64,000 bases of DNA from Macrostomum lignano (Eukaryota): the NCBI GenBank assembly GCA_002269645.1, contig NIVC01000729.1:76095-140094 (forward strand). Reading direction: 5' to 3'. The position numbers and the translations under genes are program-made. Below the pieces are notes generated by a model that was not told the origin of the DNA, made no database searches, and saw only the letters and a program-made list of their open reading frames with translations. Each line of letters begins with the position of its first letter. Within the stretch, counting starts at the first letter, position 1. Of the stretch, positions 36,840-49,729 are shown in pieces.

Positions 36840-37520
36840 ACAGTGTGCTATCTCAATTGAGGGATTGCCCAGGTGTGTTATCTTAATTGAGGGATTCTCC
36901 AGGTGTGTTATCTTACTTGAGGGATTCCCCGGGTGTGTTATCTTAATTGCGAGAATCCCTAGGTGTTTTATCTCAATTGAGGGATTCCCCAGGTGTCTTA
37001 TCTTAATTGAAGGATTCCCCTGGGGTGTTATCTTAATTGAGGGATTCCCCAGGTGTCTTATCTTAATTGAAGGATTCCCCTGGGGTGTTATCTTAATTGA
37101 GGGATTCCCCGGGTGTTTTATCTCAATTGAAGGATTCTCCAAGGGTGTTATCTTAATTGAAGGATTCCCCAGGTGTGTTATCTTAATTGAGAGATTCCCC
37201 AGGTGTCTTATCTTAATTGAAGGATTCCCCTGGGTGTTATCTTAATTGAGGGATTCCCCGGGTGTTTTATCTCAATTGAAGGATTCTCCAAGGGTGTTAT
37301 CTTAATTGAGAGATTCCCCAGGTGTCTTATCTTAATTGAAGGATTCCCCTGGGGTGTTATCTTAATTGAGGGATTCCCCAGGTGTCTTATCTCAATTGAA
37401 GGATTCTCCAAGGGTGTTATCTTAATTGAAGGATTCCCCAGGTGTGTTATCTCAATTGAGAGATTCCCCAGGTGTGTTATCTTATCGGAGGGATTTCCAA
37501 TGGGTCTTATCTCAATTAAG
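36840..37520. repeat. Minisatellite, 30 bp TATCTTAATTGA(G/A)GGATTCCCCAGGTGTGT
   Basis: Tandem array. Confidence 0.95.
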
Positions 37521-37909
37521 ATATTATCCAGAAATTTAAAGCTAAAAAATTTCTTGTGTCTTTCCATCCAAAGCCGTCACCTCAAAGATAATGCAGCATC
37601 TATCAATCTATACAGCTAATGCTGATCCTGTTACCACAGCTCGCTTTCAATATTATCAATGAATGATTAATAAATGGAGCAGTTTCTCTTTATTAAAATA
37701 GAAATTTTATTAGCTCTAGGAAAAAAAGTTAATCAATTATCCCCAGATGCTTCAGTGTTCTTAGTTTAATAAAGCCCGGCTAAATGACTTTTTGCAAATA
37801 ACTTTAGGCTTGAATTTGTTTATTTAATTAAGTTCCAAACAGAAACGTGCAGGGCATGTCTTTTGTCTGCTGCACGGAGCTGGGCTCGAATAAATCCACC
37901 TGATAGATC

Positions 37910-37975
37910 CAACTATCTCTACATCTATCTATATTTGTCTATTTATCTATCTATATATCTATCTATATTTGTCCA

Positions 37976-38028
<53 letters not shown>

Positions 38029-38029
38029 A

Positions 38030-38104
<75 letters not shown>

Positions 38105-38141
38105 CATCTATCTATCTATCTATCTATCTATATTTGTCTAT

Positions 38142-38210
<69 letters not shown>

Positions 38211-38239
38211 CATCTATCTATCTATCTATCTATCTATCC

Positions 38240-38294
<55 letters not shown>

Positions 38295-38295
38295 C

Positions 38296-38393
<98 letters not shown>

Positions 38394-38466
38394 GTATCTA
38401 TGTATCTATCTATCTATCTATGTATCTATCTATCTATATATCTATCTATCTATCTATGTATCTATG

Positions 38467-38540
<74 letters not shown>

Positions 38541-38541
38541 C

Positions 38542-38610
<69 letters not shown>

Positions 38611-38655
38611 CATCTATCTATCTATCTATCCAACTATCTATCTATATTTGTCTAT

Positions 38656-38738
<83 letters not shown>

Positions 38739-38830
38739 CGAGTATCTATATATCTATCTATGTATCTATCTATATTTGTCTATCTATCTATCCATCTATC
38801 TTTTTATCTCTCATCTTTTTATCCAATCTA
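37910..38830. repeat. (ATCT)n microsatellite, ~900 bp
   Basis: Direct observation. Confidence 0.97.
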
Positions 38831-39339
38831 ATCTAATTTAATCTAGTCTTGAAAGGAGTGAACACTAATTAAAGCGAAAACAGTGAGATGAATTTTGTGT
38901 CATGTCCATATGCTTTCAAATCAACAGGCTTATTATAAGTTATCTCGATGAAAATTAGCCGTTTATCAAGTTTCAGTTAAATGGGTGTCAATCATGTTTT
39001 TATATTTTGGATTTATTCTGTTGCTGTCTGTTGAAATGCCAATTACACTGTGTGAGAACAGCGCACCTGGTAGCGGGGTGGGTATTTAGAAAATTCACTT
39101 ATTGACTGACGGCTCAATGAACATTTTTTTGGTTTTTTTTCCTATTTGCAAGGGATTTCAGTTTTGTTTCCTATGAATATTTTTTAATCTGCCTGCCTTC
39201 AATATTGATTTTTTTTATCTTGCCAGTAAGGAGATGCCTTCCTTTTGAGCTTTGCTCGATCTATTGTACCGTATCAATATCCTCTTTGCCCATTAGCTTT
39301 CCCTGGTTTTTATCTGACTTCTCTCCCAGCAGTGTTGTA

Positions 39340-40215
39340 GCTCTCACTCACCCTCTCATCTCCGCCTCTCACTCCCCCCCTCACCCTCATCTCTGTCTCT
39401 CACCCTCCCTCTCACCCTCTCATCTCTGCCTCTCACTCTCCCCCTCACCCTCATCTCTGTCTTTCACTCTCCCTCTCACCCTCTCATCTCTGCCTCTCAC
39501 TCTCCCCCTCACCCTCATCTCTGTCTTTCACTCTCCCTCTCACCCTCTCATCTCTGCCTCTCACTCTCCTCCTCACCCTCTCATCTCTGCCTCTCACCCT
39601 CCCTCACCCTCTCATCTCTTCCTCTCCTCTCCCCCTCACCCTCTCATCTCTGCCTCTCACCCTCCCTCAGTCTCTCATCTCTGCCTCTCCTCTCCCCCTC
39701 ACCCTCTCATCTCTGCCTCTCACCCTCCCTCACCCTCTCATCTCTGCCTCTCACCATCCCTCACCCTCTCATCTCTGCCTCTCCTCTCCCCCTCACCCTC
39801 TCATCTCTGCCTCTCACCCTCCCTCAGTCTCTCATCTCTGCCTCTCACCCTCCCTCACCCTCTCATCTCTGCTTCTCACCCTCCCTCACCCTCTCATCTC
39901 TGCCTCTCCTCTCCCCCTCACCCTCTCATCTCTGCCTCTCACTCTCCATCAGTCTCTCATCTCTGCCTCTCACCCTCCCTCACCCTCTCACCCTCCCTCA
40001 GTCTTTCATCTCTGCCTCTCACCCTCCCTCACCCTCTCACCCTCCCTCAGTCTTTTATCTCTGCCTCCCACCCTCCCTCAGTCTCTCATCTCTGCCTCTC
40101 ACCCTCCCTCACCCTCTCACCCTCCCTCAGTCTTTCATCTCTGCCTCTCACCCTCCCTCAGTCTTTCATCTCTGCCTCTCACCCTCCCTCACCCTCTCAT
40201 CTCTCCGTCACCCTC
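39340..40215. repeat. Pyrimidine-rich CCCTCACCCTCTCATCTCTGCCTCT minisatellite
   Basis: Tandem array. Confidence 0.93.
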
Positions 40216-40644
40216 TCCGTGCAAAAACAGGCTGCGCCGCTTTTTAGCTCACGTGTGTGAGAAGAGATGCCCAAGCAGATGATCTGATAGTTCCCTTGTT
40301 AAATTTGCACTCCTTAAAGACACACAGCGAATTTTTGCACAGCAAAAACTGCATTTCTGTTCAAATATTTTGACAGCTCGATGTGCGCAGAGGAAGGCTT
40401 CTTGGCTTCCCCGACCTGCGCCTCCCGCCCCCCGCATTCTCCTTTTTTCTGGTCTGCCCTGCTTTTAGTCGCTTTTGCCTCTTTCTCCCTTCTAGACCTC
40501 GCTTTCCCCTGCCAATAACGGCATGCGTTGCTGGCCGCTGCGACCTTTTCTCCAGTACAGGTTTTCCTGCCGCTCTTGCTTTTAAGCGGGTGTTTGTTTC
40601 TTTGTGTCTTGTATAAAATCTGATTGAGCCTACTTTCTAAGCTG

Positions 40645-40787
40645 GCTTCTGTCTGTCTGTCAGTCTGTCTTTCTGTCTGTGTGTTTGTCTGTCTGCCTGC
40701 CTGTCTGTCTGTCTATCTGTCTGTCTGTCTGTGTCTGTCTGTGTCTGTCTGTCTGTCTCTCTTTATGTCTGTTTGCCTGTCTGTGCC

Positions 40788-40850
<63 letters not shown>

Positions 40851-40884
40851 GTGTTTGTCTGTCTGTCTGTCTGTCTTTCTGTCA

Positions 40885-40918
<34 letters not shown>

Positions 40919-40966
40919 ATTTCTGTCTCTGTCTGTCTGTCTGTCTGTCTTTTTGTCTGTCAGTCA

Positions 40967-41009
<43 letters not shown>

Positions 41010-41055
41010 AGTCAGTCTGTCTGTGTGTCTGTCTGTCTGTCTGTCTGTCTGTGTC
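40645..41055. repeat. (GTCT)n microsatellite
   Basis: Direct observation. Confidence 0.97.
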
Positions 41056-41769
41056 TGCTTTCTCATGCTTCTTCAGTTTAAAAGCAGAAGAAATCCCTAT
41101 TTACGGCAGCACGGGAAGTCATTCAGCGCCTGTTTACACTATCTCGGGAATTTCGTCAGGAACACGTGTGACAGATTGTCTGTTTCCACCCAATCAGCAC
41201 CTGGCGCTAGCGGGAAAGATGGCTATCTGCTCACTGAAGCCAGCAATCTGTGAGCGCTAAGCACCACTTTTTTAAACGGTTTACGATATTGCCCGTCGTG
41301 TTGTAAAGTCGCCACAAGTTCTTGCTTTCGGTTTGTAGGGAATCGGGAGGTAGTGGGCCGTTTTTTGGAAAGGAAAAAATGGTAAAAAAGTGACCGCTAA
41401 TTCGACTTGAAATGGGAATTCCTTGCCAGCTCTTCCAGCTCGGGCAACCGATTAGCTTGCTGGCGAGCTTTCGCTCTCTACCAGGCCTCATTAAGGAGGA
41501 TATGGGGCTGCGTTTTTTTGTCCATGGGATTTCTCCAGCTTGGGAAATATTATTGCTACTGACGAGCTGCTTTGTAGGAGGCAGCGAGTGAATGAACTGT
41601 CAGTAAATGATGGAGTGTGGCGACTGCTGGAAAATATGATTTAAACAGGTATTGTCTGTATTCTCTCAGTTTTTTGGTAGCCATCTGTTCTGACCCTCTG
41701 GATCCATGCAGGTACCTCGCTCCCTAATTATTCAATTTAGCTTGAAAACTACACCAATTTTCTGTGTTT

Positions 41770-43790
41770 GTTCCCGTGTCCTAATCCCCAGGTACCTGTC
41801 TCCGTGTCCTAATCCCCAGGTACCTGTCTCCGTGTCTTAATCCCCAGGTACCTGTCTCCGTGTCCTAATCTCCAGGTACCTGTATCCGTGTCTTAATCCC
41901 CAGGTACCTGTCCCCGTGTCCTAATCCCCAGGTACCTGTCCCCGTGTTCTAATCTCCAGGTACCTGTCTCCGTGTCCTAATCTCCAGGTACCTGTATCCG
42001 TGTCTTAATCCCCAGGTACCTGTCTCCGTGTCCTAATCTCCAGGTACCTGTCTCCGTGTCCTAATCTCCAGGTACCTGTCTCTGTGTCCTAATCTCCAGG
42101 TACCTGTCCCCGTGTCCTAATCTCCAGGTACCTGTCTCCGTGTCCTAATCTCCAGGTACCTGTCTCCGCGTCCTAATCTCCAGGTACCTGTCTCCGTGTC
42201 CTATTCTCCAGGTACCTGTCTACGTGTCCTAATCTCCAGGTACCTGTCTCCGTGTCCTATACTCCAGGTACCTGTCTCCGTGTCTTGATCCCCAGGTACC
42301 TGTCCCCGTGTCCTAATCCCCAGGTACCTGTCCCCGTGTCCTAATCCCCAGGTACCTGTCCCCGTGTCCTAATCCCCAGGTACCTGTCTCCGTGTCTTAA
42401 TCTCCAGGTACCTGTCTCCGTGTTTTAATCCCCAGGTACCTGTCTCCGTGTCCTAATCTCCAGGTACTGTCTGCGTGTCCCAATATACAGGTACCTGTCT
42501 CCGTGTCCTAATCTCCAGGTACCTGTCTTCGTGTCGTAATCCCCAGGTACCTGTCTCCGTGTCCTAATCTCCAGGTACCTGTCTCCGTGTCCTAATCTCC
42601 AGGTACCTGTCTCCGTGTCCTAATCTCCAGGTACCTGTCTCCGTTTCTTAATCCCCAGGTACCTGTCTCCGTGTCCTAATCTCCAGGTACCTGTCTCCGT
42701 GTCCTAATCTTTAGGTACCTGTCTCCGTGTCCTAATCCCCAGGTACCTGTCTCCGTTTCTTAATCCCCAGGTACCTGTCTCCGTGTCCTAATCTTTAGGT
42801 ACCTGTCTCCGTGTCCGAATCTCTAGGTACCTGTCTCCGTGTCTTAATCTCCAGGTACCTGTCTCCGTGTCCTAATCTCCAGGTACCTGTCTCCGTGTCC
42901 TAATCTCTAGGTGCCTGTCTCCGTGTCTTAATCTCCAGGTACCTGTCTCCGTGTCTTAATCTCCAGGTACCTGTCTCCGTGTCCTAATCTACAGGTACCT
43001 GTCTCCGTGTCCTAATCTCCAGGTACCTGTCTCCGTGTCCTAATCTCCAGACTCCAGGTACCTGTCTCCGTGTCCTAATCTCCAGGTACCTGTCTCCGTG
43101 TCCTAATCTCCAGGTACCTGTCTCCGTTTCTTAATCCCCAGGTACCTATCTCCGTGTCCTAATCTCCAGGTACCTGTCTCTGTGTCCTAATCTCCAGGTA
43201 CCTGTCTCCGTGTCCTAATCTCCAGGTACCTGTCTCCGTGTCCTAATCTCCAGGTACCTGTCTCCGTTTCTTAATCCCCAGGTACCTGTCTCCGTGTCCT
43301 AATCTCCAGGTACCTGTCTCCGTGTCCTAATCTTTAGGTACCTGTCTCCGTGTCCTAATCTCCAGGTACCTGTCTCCGTGTCCTAATCTTTAGGTACCTG
43401 TCTCCGTGTCCTAATCCCCAGGTACCTGTCTCCGTGTCCTAATCTTTAGGTACCTGTCTCCGTGTCCTAATCTCTAGGTACCTGTCTCCGTGTCCTAATC
43501 TCCAGGTACCTGTCTCCGTGTCCTAATCTCCAGGTACCTGTCTCCGTGTCCTAATCTACAGGTACCTGTCTCCGTGTCCTAATCTCCAGGTACCTGTCTC
43601 CGTGTCCTAATCTCCAGACTCCAGGTACCTGTCTCCGTGTCCTAATCTCCAGGTACCTGTCTCCGTGTCCTAATCTCCAGGTACCTGTCTCCGTGTCCTA
43701 ATCTCCAGGTACCTGTCTCCGTGTCTCAATATCCAGGTTACTGTCTCGGTGTCCTAATCCCCAGGTACCTGTCTTGTGTCCCTTATCCCA
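41770..43790. repeat. Minisatellite, 28 bp CCAGGTACCTGTCTCCGTGTCCTAATCT (roughly 70 units)
   Basis: Tandem array; 28-bp spacing checked. Confidence 0.97.
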
Positions 43791-44839
43791 GGATTCCCAT
43801 TCTCTGTTCCCAAAGTCCTGATTCCCTTTCCATGACTCCTCATCTCCCACTGCCACAATGAATTAAATATTGTATTTAAATCTCATATCTATTTTGTTTC
43901 TACGGGCTGCCTCGTAATCTTATCTCTTTATTTTCCAATCTTTATTAAAGCTTTTTCGCTAATTGCATTGGTGAAATTCAATATCCACATTTTCCGGCTT
44001 GCAATCGGTTTCCTACGTATAAAATGAAATGTAGTCAGTCTTGATAATTTAGAAATTTTAGACGAAGGGTATCCATTTTTTCCACAAAATGGTCATCAGT
44101 TTCCAGCTTTGTCGAAAAGCTTGAAATTTGTTTTTTTATTAGTGATTCAATTGATCTGGCTGGGGTGGGGGAACCCTGGCGAAACACTCATACACACGCT
44201 TACACAGGGTGTTCAGTGGCCTTACCGTCAAACATGTGGCTCAATAAGCGCCTGTCAGTTTTAACTTGAATTCAGAATTTTAACTTCGACTGACTTCTCT
44301 CTTCTTTTTTTAAAGAAATTCGCCATCATCTTTTTCTTTTCTTTCGCTTCTTGTGTGCGCGCGAATAGAGAGACACAGGTGAGGGGTGTAGGTTAATTAG
44401 TTCGAGCCCCGTGTCTTCTCGTGGGACAAGTGGTCGCTGACCCCAGTGGACTGCACGCGACAGTGTTAAGCATAGTTCGGTCAGCTCCCTTTTCTCATCG
44501 TTGCTTTTAATCCGCTAGTACTATTTCATTGCTGCTCGAAATGCAGCTTTAGTTTTCAAAACTCGGACGCCGTATTCTTTCCTGTGTTACTATATTTAGT
44601 CCCTAAGCACCTATGAATCCTAAATCTTTCATTGATCACAAATCTTTCATTAATCTCAAATCCTAAATGAATCCTAAATATTTCATTAATCCCAAACCTT
44701 AAATTATTCCCAAATCTTAAATTAATACTAAATCTTTCATTCATCCCAATTCTTTCATTTATCCCAATTCTTTCATTAATCCCAATTCTTTCATTAATCC
44801 CAATTCTTTCATTAATCCCAAATCTTTCATTGCTCTCAA

Positions 44840-46370
44840 ATCTGTTCTATCTCAAATCCAGGGCCCTATTCTATCCCCTGTCCTATCTCAAATCCAGGGC
44901 CCTATTCTATCCCCTGTTCTATCTCAAATCCAGGGCCCTATTCTATCCCCTGTCCTATCTCAAATCCAGGGCCCTATTCTACCCCCTGTTCTATCTCAAA
45001 TCCAGGGCCCTATTCTACCCCCTGTTCTATCTCAAATCCAGGGCCCTATTCTATCCCCTGTTCTATCTCAAATCCAGGGCCCTATTCTATCCCCTGTTCT
45101 ATCTCAAATCCAGGGCCCTATTTTATCCACCGTTCTATCTCAAATCCAAGGCCCTATTCTACCCCCTGCTCTATCTCAAATCCAGGGCCCTATTCTATCC
45201 ACCGTTCTATCTCAAATCCAGGGCCCTATTCTACCCCCTGTTCTATCTCAAATCCAGGGCCCTATTCTATCCACCGTTCTATCTCAAATCCAGGGCCCTA
45301 TTCTACCCCCTGTTCTATCTCAAATCCAGGGCCCTATTCTATCCACCGTTCTATCTTAAATCCAGGGCCCTATTCTACCCCCTGTTCTATCTCAAATCCA
45401 GGGCCCTATTCTATTCACTGTTCTATCTCAAATCCAGGGCCCTATTCTACCCCCTGTTCTATCTCAAATCCAGGGCCCTATTCTATTCACTGTTCTATCT
45501 CAAATCCAGGGCTCTATTCTATCCACTGTTCTATCTCAAATCCAGGGCCCTATTCTATCCACCGTTCTATCTCAAATCCAGGGCCCTATTCTACCCCCTG
45601 TTCTATCTCAAATCCAGGGCCCTATTCTATTCACTGTTCTATCTCAAATCCAGGGCCCTATTCTATCCACTGTTCTATCTCAAATCCAGGGCCCTATTCT
45701 ATCCACCGTTCTATCTTAAATCCAGGGCCCTATTCTACCCCCTGTTCTATCTCAAATCCAGGGCCCTATTCTATTCACTGTTCTATCTCAAATCCAGGGC
45801 CCTATTCTATCCACCGTTCTATCTCAAATCCAGGGCCCTATTCTATCCCCTGTTCTATCTCAAATCCAGGGCCCTATTCTATCCACCGTTCTATCTCAAA
45901 TCCAGGGCCCTATTCTACCCCCTGTTCTATCTCAAATCCAGGGCCCTATTCTATTCACTGTTCTATCTCAAATCCAGGGCCCTATTCTACCCCCTGTTCT
46001 ATCTCAAATCTAGGGCTCTATTCTATCCACTGTTCTATCTCAAATCCAGGGCCCTATTCTATCCACTGTTCTATCTCAAATCCAGGGCCCTATTCTACCC
46101 CTTGTTCTATCTCAAATCCAAGGCCCTATTCTACCCCCTGTTCTATCTCAAATCCAGGGCCCTATTCTACCCCCTGTTCTATCTCAAATCCAGGGCCCTA
46201 TTCTATCCCCTGTTCTATCTCAAATCCAGGGCCCTATTCTATTCACTGTTCTATCTCAAATCCAGGGCCCTATTCTATCCACTGTTCTATCTCAAATCCA
46301 GGGCCCTATTCTATCCACTGTTCTATCTCAGATCCAGGGCCCTATTCTATCCACTGTTCTATCTCAATAT
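44840..46370. repeat. Minisatellite, 36 bp TATCTCAAATCCAGGGCCCTATTCTATCCCCTGTTC
   Basis: Tandem array; explains the 584-aa YLKSRALFYPLF ORF. Confidence 0.97.
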
Positions 46371-46416
46371 GTTCAAACTCTTACTGCAATCTGCATTCAA
46401 CCGCCCCCTTATCCAG

Positions 46417-46667
46417 GTGCTCCGGAAACGAAGCAGTCACAGGACTCACAACCGGCCCAGTCGCAGGGCGCCCGGCCCAGCGTCGCCTCGGACGGCTCGC
46501 CATTATCGGACGACGCCGAAGGCAGCGAAACCGGCGGCAGCGCACGCGGCAGCATCGGAATGGAGTCCAGCTCCAGCCTGCTGAAAATGAGGGTGCAGAT
46601 GTCCGAGCCTCAGCTGCTGCTTGTTGAGGACCTCTCCGATCCCAATTGCAACGCTGTTGTGCTTAAT
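46417..46667 (+). CDS. VPS13: VPS13 exon 18
   Basis: My translation: GAPETKQSQ...LKMRVQMSEPQLLLVEDLSDPNCNAVVLN|GTGAGT; phase 1 to 0. Confidence 0.9.
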
Positions 46668-46689
46668 GTGAGTATCTGATCTGCCTCTG

Positions 46690-47560
46690 GTTACCGGTAT
46701 CTCTCACCTGTTCTCTCACGGTATCTCTCACCGGTATCTCTCACATGTTCTCTCACCTGTTCTCTCACCTGTTCTCTCACCTGTTCTCTCACCGGTATCT
46801 CTCACCTGTTCTCTCACCGGTATCTCTCACCTGTTCTCTCACCGGTATCTCTCAACGGTATCTCTCACCTGTTCTCTCAACTGTTCTCTCACCGGTATCT
46901 CTCACCTGTTCTCTCACCGGTATCTAAAACCGGTATATCTCACCTGTTCTCTCACCTGTTCTCTCACCGGTATCTCACCCGTATCTCTCACCTGTTCTCT
47001 CACATGTTCTCTCACCGGTATCTCTCACCTGTTCTCTCACCTGTTCTCTCACATGTTCTCTCACCGGTATCTCTCACCTGTTCTCTCACCGGTATCTCTC
47101 ACCTGTTCTCTCACATGTTCTCTCACCTGTTCTCTCACCGGTATCTCTCACTGGTATCCCTCACCTGTTCTCTCACCGGTATCTCACCGGTATCTCTCAC
47201 CTGTTCTCTCACCTGTTCTCTCACATGTTCTCTCACCGGTATCTCTCACCTGTTCTCTCACCGGTATCTCTCACCTGTTCTCTCACATGTTCTCTCACCT
47301 GTTCTCTCACCGGTATCTCTCACTGGTATCCCTCATCTGTTCTCTCACCGGTATCTCACCGGTATCTCTCACCTGTGTCTCTCACATGTATCTCTCACCT
47401 GTATATCTCTCTTATCTTTCTCACTTGTCAATCCCATCTTTTCATTTCACTTGTATATCTGACCTTCTCACTTGTCTTACATTCTCACTGTCTGTCTCAT
47501 CTGTATCTCTCACCTGTCTCTCTCTCACCTGTATATCTCACTAGTCTCCCCTATGTGTGC
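46690..47560. repeat. Compound minisatellite CTCTCACCTGTT / CTCTCACCGGTAT
   Basis: Tandem array. Confidence 0.95.
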
Positions 47561-47984
47561 CTAACCTGTCTCAAATGCCTCAAATTTTATATTTTTGATG
47601 AGTTTTTTATCCTCAATGTTACACTTTAGACTTGTGTTATGGCAGGAAAATAGTTATAAGGACTTATGTTCCCGTACGCAGGACAATCATTTATTTGTCT
47701 TTGTATTGGTGGCGTTTACAATTTAACTGCTCAGGTTCACTAGAATGATACTGACTTTGGATAGGCGCGGTATTTAGTGTTGCGATTTTTGCTAGACAAA
47801 GCGGGCTTGCTGAGGATTTTAACTATGAGATATTCGGTTGGAAAAGCAAATAAAATGCAGTCTTTAGTCTTTTCTCCATTTCTCTGGGTGTAGTATTTCG
47901 ATTTATTAAAATTGCATAGTGTTAGGACGATTCCCTGATGTGAATGGAGAGAATTCCTGTTTAGAATCATTTTCGTTTTACATA

Positions 47985-48640
47985 GGAATTCCCCCATTCG
48001 AGGTATTCCCAGTTAAAGGGAATTCCCATTTAAGGTATTTCCAAGTTATAGCCGGGAATTCCATTTTAGGTATTTCCCAGTTGTAGGGAATTCCCATTTG
48101 ACGTATTTCCCAGTAATATGGAATTCCTATTTGGATGATTTACCAGTTATAGGGAATTCCCATATGAGGTATTTCCCAGTTATAAGGAATTCCCATTTGA
48201 GGTATTTCCCAGTTGGAGGAACCTCTATTTGAGATATTTCATAGTTTAGGGAATTCCTATTTGTATTATTTCCCGGTTGTAGGGAATTCCAATTTGACGT
48301 ACTTCCCAGTATTGAAGTATTTCCCAGTAATATGGAATTCCCATTTGGATGATTTACCAGTTATAGGGAATTCCCATATGAGGTATTTCCCAGTTATAGG
48401 GAATTCCCATTTTGAGGTATTTCCCAGTTGGAGGAACCTCTATTTGAGGTATTTCCCAGTTTAGGGAATTCCCATTTGTATTATTTCCCGGTTGTAGGGA
48501 ATTCCCATTTGAGGTATTTCCCAGTTGGAGGAACCTCTATTTGAGGTATTTCCCAGTTTAGGGAATTCCCATTTGTATTATTTCCCGGTTGTAGGGAATT
48601 CCCATTTGAGGTATTCCCCAGTCGAATGAATTTCCGCTTG
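47985..48640. repeat. Minisatellite, ~33 bp, containing palindromic GGGAATTCCC
   Basis: Tandem array; about 9 perfect GGGAATTCCC counted by eye. Confidence 0.93.
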
Positions 48641-49541
48641 GTTCCAGGGCATTCCGAGTTGGTTATTTCGCAGTTAGGGGAATTTCTAAGCACTTAAGGA
48701 AGTCACTGTGAGCTCTCAGCTGCTGCCTTTGAAATGTTCACACCGTTAAGATTTTTTTAATTCTCTATTTTCCCTCCACTTTTCCTAAATCCTCACTTAT
48801 TCCTTATCTTCCTTTCGTTGGGAAACGCGTGAGGAGAATTCTCCCATGCCTCTATAAAAGAGGAATATGTAAGCATGCTCAAATTTCTTATAGGCAGAAA
48901 ATTGCTGCAGAAATTCTGCCTCCAGCCTCCTCTGATGTTTGCTCAGCAGCTCCTCATCACAGATAAATGTGCGCTGGCTTCTCTCCCAGTTCTATTGTAC
49001 TGGCGTATATTTGCTGCTCTTCACAAGTTAAAGATTTCTGTGGGCATACTTACGAGTTTGAGTATGAGTTCAATAATTTATTTATTAAAGCTGGATTGCC
49101 TATTAAAATATGCGATATAATTGCTTGAAAATTCTCTGGCAAATGACAATTTGTTCAGCTTCTTAGTAATTTGATATATAAGTTTAGCATTTGTATGTTC
49201 AATGCAATCAATCTTGTTGAAAATAACGTTGGTCTCATAAACGTGAACTGGTAGAAGCGTGCAATGAGAAATTGAATTGTGACACATGCGCAGTTATAAA
49301 CTACGAGTGTGACACATGCGCGCAATTATAAACTACAGGTGTGATACATGTGCGCAGTTATAAGCTACGGGTGTGACACATGACAGTAGAAAATTCACAT
49401 GCACGTTAAAGCCAGTGCGCGCTTATTCGTGTCTTTCAGTTGTGTCATTCGCGATTTCGAGTATTGGATTTTAATTAGGCACTCCCATATTTGGTTACTA
49501 TACGATAATGCTCATTTTATTCCGATTCCATTTTACTGCAG

Positions 49542-49664
49542 CTAAAATCGTCAGTGGATTATCGAAGGAACAGCAGCATTGAGCACTGCAAAATTGACGT
49601 CTCCAAGCTGCAGCTGTTTTGCTGTCCGTTCAACGAGGAGAAACGGCAGAATTCCTATATTGAG
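49542..49664 (+). CDS. VPS13: VPS13 exon 19
   Basis: LKSSVDYRRNSSIEHCKIDVSKLQLFCCPFNEEKRQNSYIE|GTGATT. Confidence 0.9.
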
Positions 49665-49729
49665 GTGATTTTTATCGATTTTTTAATCGTTTTGCTTGTA
49701 TTTGGGGATTTACTGACACTGTACGTTTT

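Noticed and set aside
37969-38841. 290-aa IYLS-repeat ORF and similar ORFs over other arrays (24227-25419, 28099-29466, 39205-40260, 44830-46584)
   Set aside because: Stop-free frames of micro- and minisatellites with no domain content.
41550-41606. Hammerhead-like CUGACGA-GCUGC...GCAGC
   Set aside because: Followed by GAGU rather than GAAA, and stems I and III do not form properly.
41770-43790. CRISPR-like regular 28-bp repeats
   Set aside because: Head-to-tail units without unique spacers, no cas genes, eukaryotic intron context.
44060-44110. Minus-strand CUGAUGA followed by a weak hairpin and GAAA
   Set aside because: Stem II is only 2-3 bp and there is no stem III or cleavage triplet.
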